A stretch of DNA of 64,000 nucleotides from Veillonella sp. (GCF_018364065.1 NZ_JAGZMO010000002.1:271181-335180), one strand, 5' to 3'; counted from the first letter of the stretch, positions 9,447-19,476 are shown. Numbers and translations: made by a program. Notes: generated from the letters alone by a model not told the origin.

Positions 9447-10256
9447 CTACTCGGCCCGGCCTAATGCCAACATACGCCGTTCAAATTCTTTCATAGATTT
9501 GCAGTAGCCGATGCCCGGTACCGCTTCAGATAATTCCACACAAGGCGGTTTAGTTAAACCTAAGTCAAATAAATCGTTTCGTTTCGTAAATAGTTCTTCC
9601 GGTGTGCCGTCAAATGCTTTGGTACCATATCCGATAATAATGGCGCGGGTGCAATGACCGGCCATAATTTCCATGTCATGAGTAACCAAGATAATCGTCA
9701 AACCGGTAGCTCGCAAGGTTTCCAAAAGTTCCAACAGTTCTCTTGTTTCTTTACCGTCCTGACCGCTGGTCGGTTCGTCAAGAATAAGGATCTTGGAGTT
9801 CATTGCCAACGCGGAGGCGATGGCTACGCGCTGCTTTTCACCACGGCGTAGAGTTGGCGGATAAGCATCTTTCAAATGACTGATACCTGTCGACTCCAAA
9901 GCCTTAGCCGTAATGTCCGCTACTTCCGCTTTCGTATACCCCAGCTGTTCAGGACCGAACGCCACTTCTTCGCCTACAGTAGGGCGGAACATTTGGCGGT
10001 CCGGCTGTTGAAATACATAGCCGATGAAACGGCCTCGTTCTGCCGGTTCCAATTTAGTAATGTCGCGGCCGTCATACACGATAGTGCCGCCACGCGGTTT
10101 TTCCAAGCCCATCAACAAACGTGTTACCGTCGTTTTACCGGAGCCGTTACGACCGCCCAAAGCGATGAACTCGCCCTTACCGATGTTAAAGTCTACATCG
10201 TCAATTATATCGCGACCGGCCACATAGCCGAATCGTAAGCCTCTAACTTCTAACAT
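9447..10256 (-). CDS. ecfA: ECF transporter ATPase EcfA2
   Basis: Walker A GRNGSGKTT, ABC signature LSGGQ-like (RRGEKQR), Walker B ILILDEPTSGQD, H-loop. Confidence 0.85.
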   Translation of the reverse strand: MLEVRGLRFGYVAGRDIIDDVDFNIGKGEFIALGGRNGSGKTTVTRLLMGLEKPRGGTIVYDGRDITKLEPAERGRFIGYVFQQPDRQMFRPTVGEEVAFGPEQLGYTKAEVADITAKALESTGISHLKDAYPPTLRRGEKQRVAIASALAMNSKILILDEPTSGQDGKETRELLELLETLRATGLTIILVTHDMEIMAGHCTRAIIIGYGTKAFDGTPEELFTKRNDLFDLGLTKPPCVELSEAVPGIGYCKSMKEFERRMLALGRAE

Positions 10257-10273
10257 TTATTCCTCCCGAGCGT

Positions 10274-11749
10274 TCACATGCTCTTAACCGAATCTAACAA
10301 GCCGTCTTTTGCCGCGTTTACACTCAACCATGGCTGTGCAAATCGGTAGCCCCCTTTTTCGAGGCGCATATAAGTTACGAAAATCGATGGCAACGCATCT
10401 ACGTAAATATTGTTATCATACATGTAACGAAGTGTCGTTTCCGGTGTATCATCGCAGCGAATTTCACCGTCCACCATGAGCGCCATGCGGTTTGCATATG
10501 GCAATACAGCGTGTAAATCGTGATCGATAACAACTACGGTGATACCGTATTCTTTATTCAAACGGCCAACTAAACGATACAGTTCGTCTGTACCTTCCGG
10601 ATCAAGGGAGCTGGTAGGTTCGTCCAACACTAAGATGGAAGGGTTCGTAGCCAATACGGAGGCGATAGCCAAACGTTGACGTTGTCCGCCTGACAAGCTT
10701 GTAATCTTACGGTTTTCCATGCCTTCCAAGCCAACCTGTTTAAATACAGCGGCGCTGCGCTCTTTAATTTCTTCCGGTGTATAACCGCGATTTTCCATAG
10801 CGAACGCCACTTCTTCGCCTACGGTCATTGTTACGAGCTGTGTATCATAGTCTGCCAACACAACGCCGATTTCCGTAGCCAATTCAGCAATCTCAAGCTG
10901 TGTAGTGGCTTTGCCATTTACGAAAACCATACCTTCCATGCGGCCGCCGTAGAATTTAGGTACCGCACCGATCATAGCCATGCAGAGAGTGGATTTACCA
11001 CAGCCGGCAGGGCCGGTAATAACGAGGAAGTCGCCGTCATTTACAACTAAGTTTACATCCTTGATAGCCGCTTTTTCCTGACGACCATAATGATAGGTAA
11101 AATGTTCAATGCTGATTTTGCCATTCACAGCAGGAACCAATTCGTACTGGCTGTGATCGCTGGTAATGACTTCGTCTGCACTTGGCAAGTAACCGCGTCT
11201 TGCAAACAAACGCTGTGCCGGAATGTAGAGGAGCGGTGTTACCACTGCGTTACAAAGTGCCACAACGAGCACTAACGGCCACATCCCTTTCATGTACACA
11301 TCGATTGGCAAGGCTAACAGTTCAAACAAGATGGTGATGAAAATGCCGCCGGAAACGAGGGTACTCAAGAAACCGGATACTACCGGAGGAATGATGAATT
11401 TTCCCACTTTAATGCGGCTTAACATATGTACTACGAAGGCACAAGTTAATGCACCGGCCGGTTCACTCAACAGGTTCGCATAAGGGAATGCGGACTTGGA
11501 CGTCATTACATTGATAAGTGCTGCTACCAAGCCGATACCAAGAGCCTGTTTATAACTTGGACGAGTCAGGTGAATGGCTACGCAGTAGGTAGCAATCATC
11601 CAGTTTGGCGTAATCCCCGCTACACTAGGGCTTACCAAGTGTAAAATCGTGCCCAGTGCCAACATGAGGGTACTTACTGTTACCCAGCGGAATTGGCCGC
11701 CCTGCATATGGGTATAAACTAATTTCGAAACATCCGTAACTCGTTCCAT
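10274..11749 (-). CDS. fusion protein: N-terminal ~200-aa ECF S-component-like polytopic membrane domain + C-terminal EcfA1-type ABC ATPase
   Basis: Residues ~20-200 form ~6 hydrophobic helices (WVTVSTLMLALGTILHLV..., IIPPVVSGFLSTLVSGGIFITILFELLALPI..., WPLVLVVALCNAVVTPLLYI) with no ATPase motifs; residues ~230-491 carry Walker A GPAGCGKST, LSGGQRQR and ILVLDEPTSSLD. Confidence 0.75.
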   Translation of the reverse strand: MERVTDVSKLVYTHMQGGQFRWVTVSTLMLALGTILHLVSPSVAGITPNWMIATYCVAIHLTRPSYKQALGIGLVAALINVMTSKSAFPYANLLSEPAGALTCAFVVHMLSRIKVGKFIIPPVVSGFLSTLVSGGIFITILFELLALPIDVYMKGMWPLVLVVALCNAVVTPLLYIPAQRLFARRGYLPSADEVITSDHSQYELVPAVNGKISIEHFTYHYGRQEKAAIKDVNLVVNDGDFLVITGPAGCGKSTLCMAMIGAVPKFYGGRMEGMVFVNGKATTQLEIAELATEIGVVLADYDTQLVTMTVGEEVAFAMENRGYTPEEIKERSAAVFKQVGLEGMENRKITSLSGGQRQRLAIASVLATNPSILVLDEPTSSLDPEGTDELYRLVGRLNKEYGITVVVIDHDLHAVLPYANRMALMVDGEIRCDDTPETTLRYMYDNNIYVDALPSIFVTYMRLEKGGYRFAQPWLSVNAAKDGLLDSVKSM

Positions 11750-11777
11750 AATCTCTCCTTCTTCCTAAAAAAGGGTA

Positions 11778-12168
11778 TAAAAAAAACCTTTCAATCTCTA
11801 ATACAATTTCACTGTACTAGGGACGAAGGTTACTCCGCGGTGCCACCCCAATTGGCCTTTTAAAAAGACCCGGCTCACTACGTACGGCCCTTGCTCAAAA
11901 GTTCCAAGTCAGACCTGCCAAATCGGCAATCTATCCTGTACTCCTATCGAAGGCGATACGCGCTCTTTTGATAACGGTCAGAGACGACCGGTGGTTCCTA
12001 CTCTCTGTTCGGGCCACATCTCCCAGGGCCATTCCTTACAGTTTCCGGCGTCGGGCTCACACCATTCCCAACTCGCTGTAGCTGAACTCCTTGTAAGTAC
12101 TCTTCCTGTTCGCTGACGATAACTTTATGTTTTGTTCAATTATACACACAATAAAAAGTAGAAGTCAA
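11778..12168 (-). promoter_or_regulatory. T-box riboswitch leader (possible Trp specifier UGG) with sigma-A promoter TTGACT-N18-TATAAT
   Basis: Minus strand: AAUUGGGGUGGCACCGCG T-box at plus 11836..11854 followed by terminator with U8 (11778..11832); putative specifier loop GGGAAUGGUGUGAGCCC; promoter hexamers at plus 12163..12168 (-35) and 12139..12144 (-10). Confidence 0.65.
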
Positions 12169-12187
12169 TACGCAGTTTGTAAAATAT

Positions 12188-12227
12188 AAATAAAATAACG
12201 GCCACCATCCCGAAAGACAGTGGCCGT
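12188..12227 (-). terminator. terminator at the end of the DUF805 array
   Basis: acggccaccatcccgaaagacagtggccgt hairpin plus U-run on the minus strand. Confidence 0.7.
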
Positions 12228-12271
12228 CAATATAATCACGCTAATGAGTCTGTACGTTTTACGTCCAAATC

Positions 12272-12934
12272 TTAAAATTTAAAGAAATGTTGTTTTGTAT
12301 TTGGATCATATACAGGCACAGGACCATATTGGTTTGGACCAGGCTGAGTTTTTAAAACGCCAAGAACAATCATACCGATCATATTGCCCGCAATTAATAC
12401 CCACCAACCGGAATGTCCCGCATCATGAAGTCGACGCACGGATACGCCTAACCCCGGCAATGCAAGACCTAAAATTACAATCCAGCTTAAAACGCTGGCA
12501 CCAATTTCATCACCAATGATTTCACCAATAAAATAGGAAAGGAACACAGCCACAAAGTTCAGTGCTACAAAATACCAGTATTCCTTAGCTGTGGCACGGC
12601 CTTTAAACTCTACATATTTCTGAGTCATACACATTTTAATGGAATCCATAAATGGCGGCTCCCCAATCCAGTTCGGATCAAATGGATTACCTTCCGGTAC
12701 ATATCCATTCTGCTGATAGCCGTTATACGCACCGGCCTGTGGTTGGTTATAACCACCTTGTACAGGCGCCTGATTGAAATCTTGCGCTACCGGTTGTTGT
12801 GGCTGTTGATAATTTGGTGCCGGAGCCTGCGGTGCAGTATTGGCAGCGGCCCCTCCCTGTTCCATCTTATTACCACAATTTGAACAAAACGCTGCGCCTT
12901 CTTTTACTTCTTTACCACATTGCGGACAAAACAT
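12272..12934 (-). CDS. zinc-ribbon / Q-P-Y-rich linker / DUF805 membrane protein (paralog 1)
   Basis: N-terminus MFCPQCGKEV...CSNCGN (two CxxC); linker rich in Q/P/N/Y/G; C-terminus KYVEFKGRATAKEYW...RRLHDAGHSGWW...GPNQYGP DUF805 hallmarks with TM helices. Confidence 0.8.
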   Translation of the reverse strand: MFCPQCGKEVKEGAAFCSNCGNKMEQGGAAANTAPQAPAPNYQQPQQPVAQDFNQAPVQGGYNQPQAGAYNGYQQNGYVPEGNPFDPNWIGEPPFMDSIKMCMTQKYVEFKGRATAKEYWYFVALNFVAVFLSYFIGEIIGDEIGASVLSWIVILGLALPGLGVSVRRLHDAGHSGWWVLIAGNMIGMIVLGVLKTQPGPNQYGPVPVYDPNTKQHFFKF

Positions 12935-13046
12935 AACTCTCCTCCTACATTCTTTACTACTTTAAATAAAATGATTGCTGATAATTTAATTATAATATAT
13001 TTTCCAAACAGTTACACGCTTTTTATACGCATAGTATATACCAAAA

Positions 13047-13823
13047 TTAGCGATATATATGCGTATTAGTAGCAGCGTCAAATACTGGTAGCGGACCATA
13101 TTGGTTAGGCCCCGGATTACTTTCGAGGAACATAAATATGAATACGGCAATATTTACAAATGGAATGTAAACTCCCACAGCCCAAAGTCCGGGGCGGCCG
13201 CTGTCATGCAGGCGACGAGCCGTCAACCCCATGTTTGGCAAGAAGGAAGCCACTGCAAACACATTTACCAATATTTCCGCATCATCAAACAAGAACTCAC
13301 TGAGGAAGGCAAAGAATATCATGAGGATAAAGTATGCTATGGCATACGTCCAGTATTCCTTACGCGTAGCACGGCCATTGAATTCCACATATTTCTGAGT
13401 GTACATTCGTATGAAATTATCTACAAATGGCGGTGCACTTACCCAGTTAGGGTCCGATGTATTATAACCCGCGCCCTGTTGCCCATAGGGCATTCCATAC
13501 GAATCCGTCCCCTGTTGCTGATAATCATTGGGCTGTCCATAGCCGGGCATTGGTTGCTGCGGCAGGTAACCATCTGTCGGCTGCTGCGACGGATAGCCGT
13601 TAGTCGGTTGTTGCTCCGAATAGCCGGTTGGCGACTGTTGAAACGAATAGTCATCAACCGGTTGTTCTTGGTATCCATTGGCCGCTCCCTGATTGTCCTG
13701 ATCAGCCATTGAATCTTGCGCCTTCGCTTCTTCGTAAGCGTCCAGTTGATCCAGTCGATAACCGCACTTAGGGCAAAAGACCGCTCCGTCTATTACATCT
13801 TTTCCACATTGAGGACAAAACAT
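13047..13823 (-). CDS. zinc-ribbon / low-complexity linker / DUF805 membrane protein (paralog 2)
   Basis: MFCPQCGKDV...CPKCG; (GY/QQP)n linker; RRLHDSGRPGLW DUF805 core. Confidence 0.8.
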   Translation of the reverse strand: MFCPQCGKDVIDGAVFCPKCGYRLDQLDAYEEAKAQDSMADQDNQGAANGYQEQPVDDYSFQQSPTGYSEQQPTNGYPSQQPTDGYLPQQPMPGYGQPNDYQQQGTDSYGMPYGQQGAGYNTSDPNWVSAPPFVDNFIRMYTQKYVEFNGRATRKEYWTYAIAYFILMIFFAFLSEFLFDDAEILVNVFAVASFLPNMGLTARRLHDSGRPGLWAVGVYIPFVNIAVFIFMFLESNPGPNQYGPLPVFDAATNTHIYR

Positions 13824-13923
13824 AACTTCCCCCCACCTTTACGAATTTACTTCATTTTATAAGGTCTCGAATCTTGACTATACTCTATGTTAAAACACAT
13901 AACCCCATTTAATAGTCCGATTC

Positions 13924-14640
13924 TTATTTATATATGTGAATGTTTCGAGCCGCATCAAATACCGGCAACGGTCCGTACTGATTTGGACCGGGATTACTTC
14001 CCAACAATGTAAATATGAATACCACAATATTTAAAACCGGAATGAACGTCCCGATAACCCAGAGGCCGGAGCGTCCGCTATCATGCAAACGGCGAGCGGT
14101 TAAGGCCAAGTTTGGCAAGAACGAAGCAATTAAAAAGATGTCGATTAAAATATCTCCGTCATCGCCAAACAATACGCCTCCAATAAAGCCGATTAAAAAG
14201 GCCATCACTACATATGCCAGTACGTATGTCCAATACTCTTTACGGGTGGCACGGCCATTAAAGTCCACATATTTTTTCGTAAATATCATCTTAACATTTT
14301 CAATAAATGGAGGGGCACTCACCCAATTAGGATCAGAGGTATTATAGCCTATACCCGGCTGTCCATAGGGCTGTTGTCCATAAGGTTGCTGCTCATATGG
14401 TTGCACCCCCTGTTGTTGAAAATTAGCATTCTGTGGATAGCTATTATTTTGTGAATAGCTATTATTCTGTGGGTAGTTATTATTCTGCTGATAGCCATTT
14501 GGCTGCTGTTGATTATATTCATTGGACTGAACTTGAGAACCCCCACGAGTCAAAGCGCCCTCCTGATCGAGTCGATTACCGCAACCCGGGCAAAAAACAG
14601 CGCCGTCTCTTACTTCAGTTCCACATTTTGCACAAAACAT
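13924..14640 (-). CDS. zinc-ribbon / low-complexity linker / DUF805 membrane protein (paralog 3); ORF extends to 14724, start taken at the MFCAKCG ATG with GGAGGA RBS
   Basis: MFCAKCGTEV...CPGCGN; NNSYPQNN/QPYGQQPYG repeats; RRLHDSGRSGLW. Confidence 0.8.
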   Translation of the reverse strand: MFCAKCGTEVRDGAVFCPGCGNRLDQEGALTRGGSQVQSNEYNQQQPNGYQQNNNYPQNNSYSQNNSYPQNANFQQQGVQPYEQQPYGQQPYGQPGIGYNTSDPNWVSAPPFIENVKMIFTKKYVDFNGRATRKEYWTYVLAYVVMAFLIGFIGGVLFGDDGDILIDIFLIASFLPNLALTARRLHDSGRSGLWVIGTFIPVLNIVVFIFTLLGSNPGPNQYGPLPVFDAARNIHIYK

Positions 14641-14754
14641 ACGATTCCTCCAACTATTTCCCTGCATAATGCCTTTATATGGCTCCCGGTACATTGTGTC
14701 CGGTATATTGCTTCCCATTGGCAAGCTTACCGCCGTGCGATTTAGTTTGCCTAA

Positions 14755-15456
14755 TTATATACGCCGCTGTGCGCGAGGTACATAATATCGGAAGTCCGGC
14801 AACGGACCGAACTCATTTTGGCCCGGATCGCTTTCCATACACATAAAGACAAGTAAAACAATACTGCCAATCCCTGTTAACCCTGCCAATAACCACAATG
14901 CGCTGCGACCGGTATCATGAAGTCGGCGCGCAGTAAGGGCAAGATTCGGGATAAAGAATACGAGTGGCGCAATATAGAGTGCTATGCCAAACGTTAAAAT
15001 TCCTGTTACTAAGGTAATTACAAACGTAGCCAACGCAAAATACCAATACTCTTTACGACTCGCACGGCCTTCAAAGTTTGCAAAATTATCTAAGAAGCAC
15101 CACTTAAAGTTTTCCACCATTTCCGGGGCACTTACCCATCCCGGCGGATAATTGTTATATTCAAATCCCGGTGGTTGGATATATCGCCCATTAACATCAA
15201 CCGGATATCCTTCCGGTGCATATGGGTAGCGTATGATTTGCGCCCCTTGCGGTTGAACCCCCATAGGTGCCGGCGGTTGGAAACCCGCATCCTGAGGTGC
15301 TCCATACTGTTCAGGCTGATACATAGGTTGATTATAGTTTGGGTTAACAGCTTGATTAGCGCCTGACTGCTCAGATTGCGCCGTCAAATTAGCACCACAG
15401 GAAGGACAAAACGCTGCACCCTCTCTAACTTCATTTCCACATGACGGACAAAACAT
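14755..15456 (-). CDS. zinc-ribbon / low-complexity linker / DUF805 membrane protein (paralog 4)
   Basis: MFCPSCGNEV...CPSCG; RRLHDTGRSALW. Confidence 0.8.
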   Translation of the reverse strand: MFCPSCGNEVREGAAFCPSCGANLTAQSEQSGANQAVNPNYNQPMYQPEQYGAPQDAGFQPPAPMGVQPQGAQIIRYPYAPEGYPVDVNGRYIQPPGFEYNNYPPGWVSAPEMVENFKWCFLDNFANFEGRASRKEYWYFALATFVITLVTGILTFGIALYIAPLVFFIPNLALTARRLHDTGRSALWLLAGLTGIGSIVLLVFMCMESDPGQNEFGPLPDFRYYVPRAQRRI

Positions 15457-15558
15457 CGCGTCACTCCTTTCACATATCTGTTACGAAGAGGCCATAGTGC
15501 ATGGCCTCGACGTAGAATTCTAATAGTGCCGTTATCTCTTTACCGGCTGTAAATTATA

Positions 15559-16293
15559 TTATCCTTCGTAATATGTATAATCAGGTAATGGCCCATATTG
15601 ATTTGGTCCCGGTACGCTTGATAATAAGGTAAATATAAATACCACAATATTTAAAAGAGGTATAAACATTCCCAATACCCAGAAACCGGATCGGCCGCTG
15701 TCATGAAGACGGCGAACGGTAACACCAAGTCCCGGCAATAAGAAAATCAAGCTCACTACCATCATACCAATATAACTAACCACGAAGTCAGACGTTACTA
15801 AACTAATAATATTGTTAATAAGCAAACCGATAACACTGGATGCAATCACATAACGGAAATATTCCGCCCGTGTAGCTCGGCCACTGAATTTCGCATATTT
15901 CTTAGTCATGCACATTTTAAAATTAGGGAGCATTGCCAATGAGCCTACCCAGTTTGGCGGATACGTCACATAATGCGGTTGCTGCACTGCAGCACCCTGT
16001 GCTTGTGTACCCTGATCCACAGGTTGTTGCACCCGCTGTGGCTGCTGAACCGGTTGTTGCTGCACGCGCTGTACAGGTTGCTGTTGTACCGGTTGTGCCT
16101 GTTGTACAGGCTGATTGGGTGTTACCTGTTGTGCCGGCTGTGCGGCATAAGCGGCCTGTGAAGGTGTCCCAGTATTGACACTGCCGTTTTGTTGCGCAAA
16201 GTTTGCACCGTTAGTCTGTTGCACCGGAGTGCCGCAAACAGCACAGAACTTAGCGCCCTCTTTTAATTGTTCCCCACATTTTTTACAAAACAT
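15559..16293 (-). CDS. zinc-ribbon / Q-P-V-rich linker / DUF805 membrane protein (paralog 5); start at ATG 16293 (the track's 16302 start is GTG)
   Basis: MFCKKCGEQL...CAVCG; (QPVQQ)n linker; RRLHDSGRSGFW; 16-nt gap after nagZ stop. Confidence 0.8.
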   Translation of the reverse strand: MFCKKCGEQLKEGAKFCAVCGTPVQQTNGANFAQQNGSVNTGTPSQAAYAAQPAQQVTPNQPVQQAQPVQQQPVQRVQQQPVQQPQRVQQPVDQGTQAQGAAVQQPHYVTYPPNWVGSLAMLPNFKMCMTKKYAKFSGRATRAEYFRYVIASSVIGLLINNIISLVTSDFVVSYIGMMVVSLIFLLPGLGVTVRRLHDSGRSGFWVLGMFIPLLNIVVFIFTLLSSVPGPNQYGPLPDYTYYEG

Positions 16294-16309
16294 GTATATC
16301 ACTCCTCTA

Positions 16310-17467
16310 TTACCAGGTTAGATTATTCTTAAGTTTCATCGTGAGCACGTGGCGTACTGCATCGTCAAGACGCTCTTTGGAAATTTCACCACTGCGAACA
16401 GCTTTTAAAATCGCGTTGTACCCTTCGATGGCATGGTCATATTCCTGACCGATGAGCACAATGTCTGCGCCTGCCTGAATACTCTTAACGCTCATTTCGC
16501 CAAAACTGTAATGATTAGCTACAGCGCCCATTTCCATATCGTCCGTAATAATTACGCCTTTGTAGCCCAACTGTTTGCGAAGCAAGTCTTGCATGATGAC
16601 CTTCGACAAGCTGGCCGGCATGTCAGGATCTAAACCGCTATAAGTAGCATGAGATACCATGACCATGTAATCATTGTTATCCACGGTCGGAATCAACTCT
16701 TCATATGGCTTCAAGTCCGTTGCATCAAGCTCTTCACGACTGGCAGTAATCATATTGCCTTCTTTATGCAAATCGGTCACTGTACGGCCGATGCCCGGGA
16801 AGTGTTTCAACGAATAAATTAAACCTGCATCGTGATAGGACTGACCTACGGCTTTCACAAACGGCGTTACTTCAGCAGCTGTTATGCCATAGGAACGATG
16901 ATCGCCCAAGCCGATATCCGCTACCGGTGCAAAGTTCACGTTAAAACCAAGCTCTTTCAATTCCTTGCCACTGGCCAATGCCAATTTAGCGGCTTCGTTT
17001 ACATCGCCTTGGCCCAATTTTTCAGCAGACGGTACATTAATCAGGTGATCGCTCATGCGTTCAACGAGACCGCCTTCCTGGTCCACTGCCACAAAGAGAG
17101 GTACTTTTTCGCTCTTACGAGCCGTGCTCTGCAAGTCTTTTATCAGTGTGCTGACCTGCTCCTTGTTTTCCATGTTGCGGTCAAACAAGATAATGCCGCC
17201 CATTTTATATTCGCTCAACATGTAGGCCACATTGTCGTTTACCTTTGTGCCATTCATGCCGAATAGAATCAGCTGCCCCACCTTATCCGCATCACTCATA
17301 GAGTTCATTAGAGCATCCACTTTTTCTTCAGCAGTTATATCTTTTTTCTGCCAAATTTCTTCCTTCGGTGCGTCAGATGCACTCTGTCCGCAACCTGCTA
17401 ACGCGGCTACCAAAGAAATCCCTAATACCATAGGAATCACACGGCGCCACCATTTTTTCTGTATCAT
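16310..17467 (-). CDS. nagZ: beta-N-acetylhexosaminidase (glycoside hydrolase family 3, NagZ-like) lipoprotein; ORF extends to 17503 (TTG), likely start ATG 17467 or 17497
   Basis: Lipobox LAGCG after signal peptide; GH3 N-domain motifs (KHFPGIGRT, ITDDMEMGA). Confidence 0.8.
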   Translation of the reverse strand: MIQKKWWRRVIPMVLGISLVAALAGCGQSASDAPKEEIWQKKDITAEEKVDALMNSMSDADKVGQLILFGMNGTKVNDNVAYMLSEYKMGGIILFDRNMENKEQVSTLIKDLQSTARKSEKVPLFVAVDQEGGLVERMSDHLINVPSAEKLGQGDVNEAAKLALASGKELKELGFNVNFAPVADIGLGDHRSYGITAAEVTPFVKAVGQSYHDAGLIYSLKHFPGIGRTVTDLHKEGNMITASREELDATDLKPYEELIPTVDNNDYMVMVSHATYSGLDPDMPASLSKVIMQDLLRKQLGYKGVIITDDMEMGAVANHYSFGEMSVKSIQAGADIVLIGQEYDHAIEGYNAILKAVRSGEISKERLDDAVRHVLTMKLKNNLTW

Positions 17468-17522
17468 GAAACTATCATTGCCTCCTACTAACGGCATTTC
17501 CAAAACTCACACAAACTTGCCC

Positions 17523-18320
17523 TTACATCTGGCTGGCCTGCATGGAATCAATAAACCACTGGTTATTAACCTTAACCATAGTCGCTGTACCGCGGAAACT
17601 GCGTTTTACTGTACCGCTGCCTTCAAAATCGGTAGCGTCCAAACGATAGTTAAGTACGACTTGATTGTCTGTTTGAGAAACAACTGTCATATTGGCAACG
17701 GCGCTTTCTTTAGTAGTGGCAAAGCCTTGAGCCCAAGCATTCAATTCTCCGGACTGATTTTTCAAGTTATCTGTAAATAAGGCGTAGGCAGCATTATAAT
17801 TGCGAGCTGTAATGTATTGATGATATTGATTGAACGCCTTTTGTGCATTTTCCGCATCAACTTTGCGTGGATCCGGAGCCTGTGTTGTCTGAGCCTGTGT
17901 CTTAGTTTGCTCTTTAGGTTCTTCTTTTACCACATCTTTCTTATCTTTGGATTTCGATTCATCTAAATCAAGTCCATATTCCGACATCATGCCATGAGTG
18001 GATCCCATTTCCATCATGTTGCGGAATGTGAGGAACCAAGATGTACCACTTAAAATAATGATTAAAACGATGCCTAAAAAAATCTGCCAGCCGTCACGAC
18101 GCTGATAAATCTTGCCCTGAGTACCCATCGCTTGTTGTGGGGCAGGTGCTACAGGTGGCACCGGAGTGGCGTTAGATGCTGCAGCAGCCGAAGATGGCAC
18201 AGCTGTTGTAGCAGTTGATTGCAGATCTGCAACCGGTGCAACGGATTCTACCAGTTTACCGCCACATTTTTTACAAAATTTTCCCTGTGGCTGCTCATGG
18301 CCACATTTTTCACACTTCAT
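17523..18320 (-). CDS. zinc-ribbon membrane protein with extracytoplasmic NTF2/TcaA-like C-terminal domain (TcaA/YvbJ-like)
   Basis: MKCEKCGHEQ...CKKCG zinc ribbon, Pro/Ala-rich linker, single TM (WQIFLGIVLIIILSGTSWFLTF), ~150-aa C-terminal globular domain. Confidence 0.6.
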   Translation of the reverse strand: MKCEKCGHEQPQGKFCKKCGGKLVESVAPVADLQSTATTAVPSSAAAASNATPVPPVAPAPQQAMGTQGKIYQRRDGWQIFLGIVLIIILSGTSWFLTFRNMMEMGSTHGMMSEYGLDLDESKSKDKKDVVKEEPKEQTKTQAQTTQAPDPRKVDAENAQKAFNQYHQYITARNYNAAYALFTDNLKNQSGELNAWAQGFATTKESAVANMTVVSQTDNQVVLNYRLDATDFEGSGTVKRSFRGTATMVKVNNQWFIDSMQASQM

Positions 18321-18443
18321 ACAAAAACTCCTCTCAAAATACTAAAACCGTAATCCATGTATTATTTATCCTGCATAACCTCCCTTTTGTCAGTTGATTT
18401 TATCTTGATTATTTATTTTGCGAACAATTTAATTCCTTAGACC

Positions 18444-19463
18444 TCACGGTTTCACATATTTTGTAAAATCCGGCAACGGACCGTACTTATTTGTAAAAAT
18501 TTGGCTTCTGCGCATGCACAGTATAAAAAGAACTACGGACATGAACGATGCTATATCTACAAATGGTTCCAATATTCGGCCAGGCTCTTCAAGTCCTAAC
18601 AGAAGATTAAAAATCTCGGTAGGAACATCTAGAAGCACCCACCAGGCACTTAAGCCTGAGTCGTGTAAACGACGTACAGTAACAGCATATGTAGGTACCA
18701 AGAACACAAAGAACGGCACATAATAGGCAATATTTTCCAAAGCGGTCCACTCTAAAAATACAACCAAGAGCATAATCACCATTTCCACAGAGGCTATGAC
18801 AAGAATAAATCGGAAAAATTCCGCCCGTGTGGCTCTCCCTGAAAAGTCTTTGTACTGTACTGTCATGCAGTCTTTAAACACAGACCAGATATCCTTAGAT
18901 CCGACCCATGGCCCCATTTGCCATTCAAATACGGGCGGCTGTTGCTGTGGGTATGGCGGTTGAGGATTCGTGTATTGAGAATATGCCTGTTGAAAATTTG
19001 TGGGTTGAGCGTATGGCTGTTGCTGATTTGGGTACTGAGGATATGACTGTTGCGGATTTGGATACTGAGAGTATGGCGTTTGAGCGTTTGGACGTTGCGG
19101 ATACCCCTGTTGATTATATCCTTGCTGAGGATAGCCCTGTTGAGGATATACCTGCTGTGTTGACTGCGGTCCATACGCTCCCTGTCCTTGATGATACGAT
19201 GCTCCATTGCCATACGCATTTGGTTGATTATATGACCGTGGCTGATTATATGCCCCCGCCTGATTGTTAACTTGTTCTGAAGCCTGCTGAGCCTGTGTCC
19301 CCGATTCATGTGCTTGATTACTGATAGTCTGCTGATCAGTATTTGTTAATTCTGTCGTTTCAGTAGACCTATTCTCTTCATCCGGCTTTATGGCAGGGCG
19401 ACCGCAACGCGGACAAAACTGCCCATAGTCAGGCATTTTCTGCCCACAATGTATACAAAACAT
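18444..19463 (-). CDS. zinc-ribbon / long (PQQGY)n prion-like linker / divergent DUF805 membrane protein (paralog 6)
   Basis: MFCIHCGQKM...CPRCG; ~150-aa Q/P/Y/N repeat region; RRLHDSGLSAWW variant of the DUF805 motif. Confidence 0.75.
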   Translation of the reverse strand: MFCIHCGQKMPDYGQFCPRCGRPAIKPDEENRSTETTELTNTDQQTISNQAHESGTQAQQASEQVNNQAGAYNQPRSYNQPNAYGNGASYHQGQGAYGPQSTQQVYPQQGYPQQGYNQQGYPQRPNAQTPYSQYPNPQQSYPQYPNQQQPYAQPTNFQQAYSQYTNPQPPYPQQQPPVFEWQMGPWVGSKDIWSVFKDCMTVQYKDFSGRATRAEFFRFILVIASVEMVIMLLVVFLEWTALENIAYYVPFFVFLVPTYAVTVRRLHDSGLSAWWVLLDVPTEIFNLLLGLEEPGRILEPFVDIASFMSVVLFILCMRRSQIFTNKYGPLPDFTKYVKP

Positions 19464-19476
19464 AGGTCGTCCCCCC

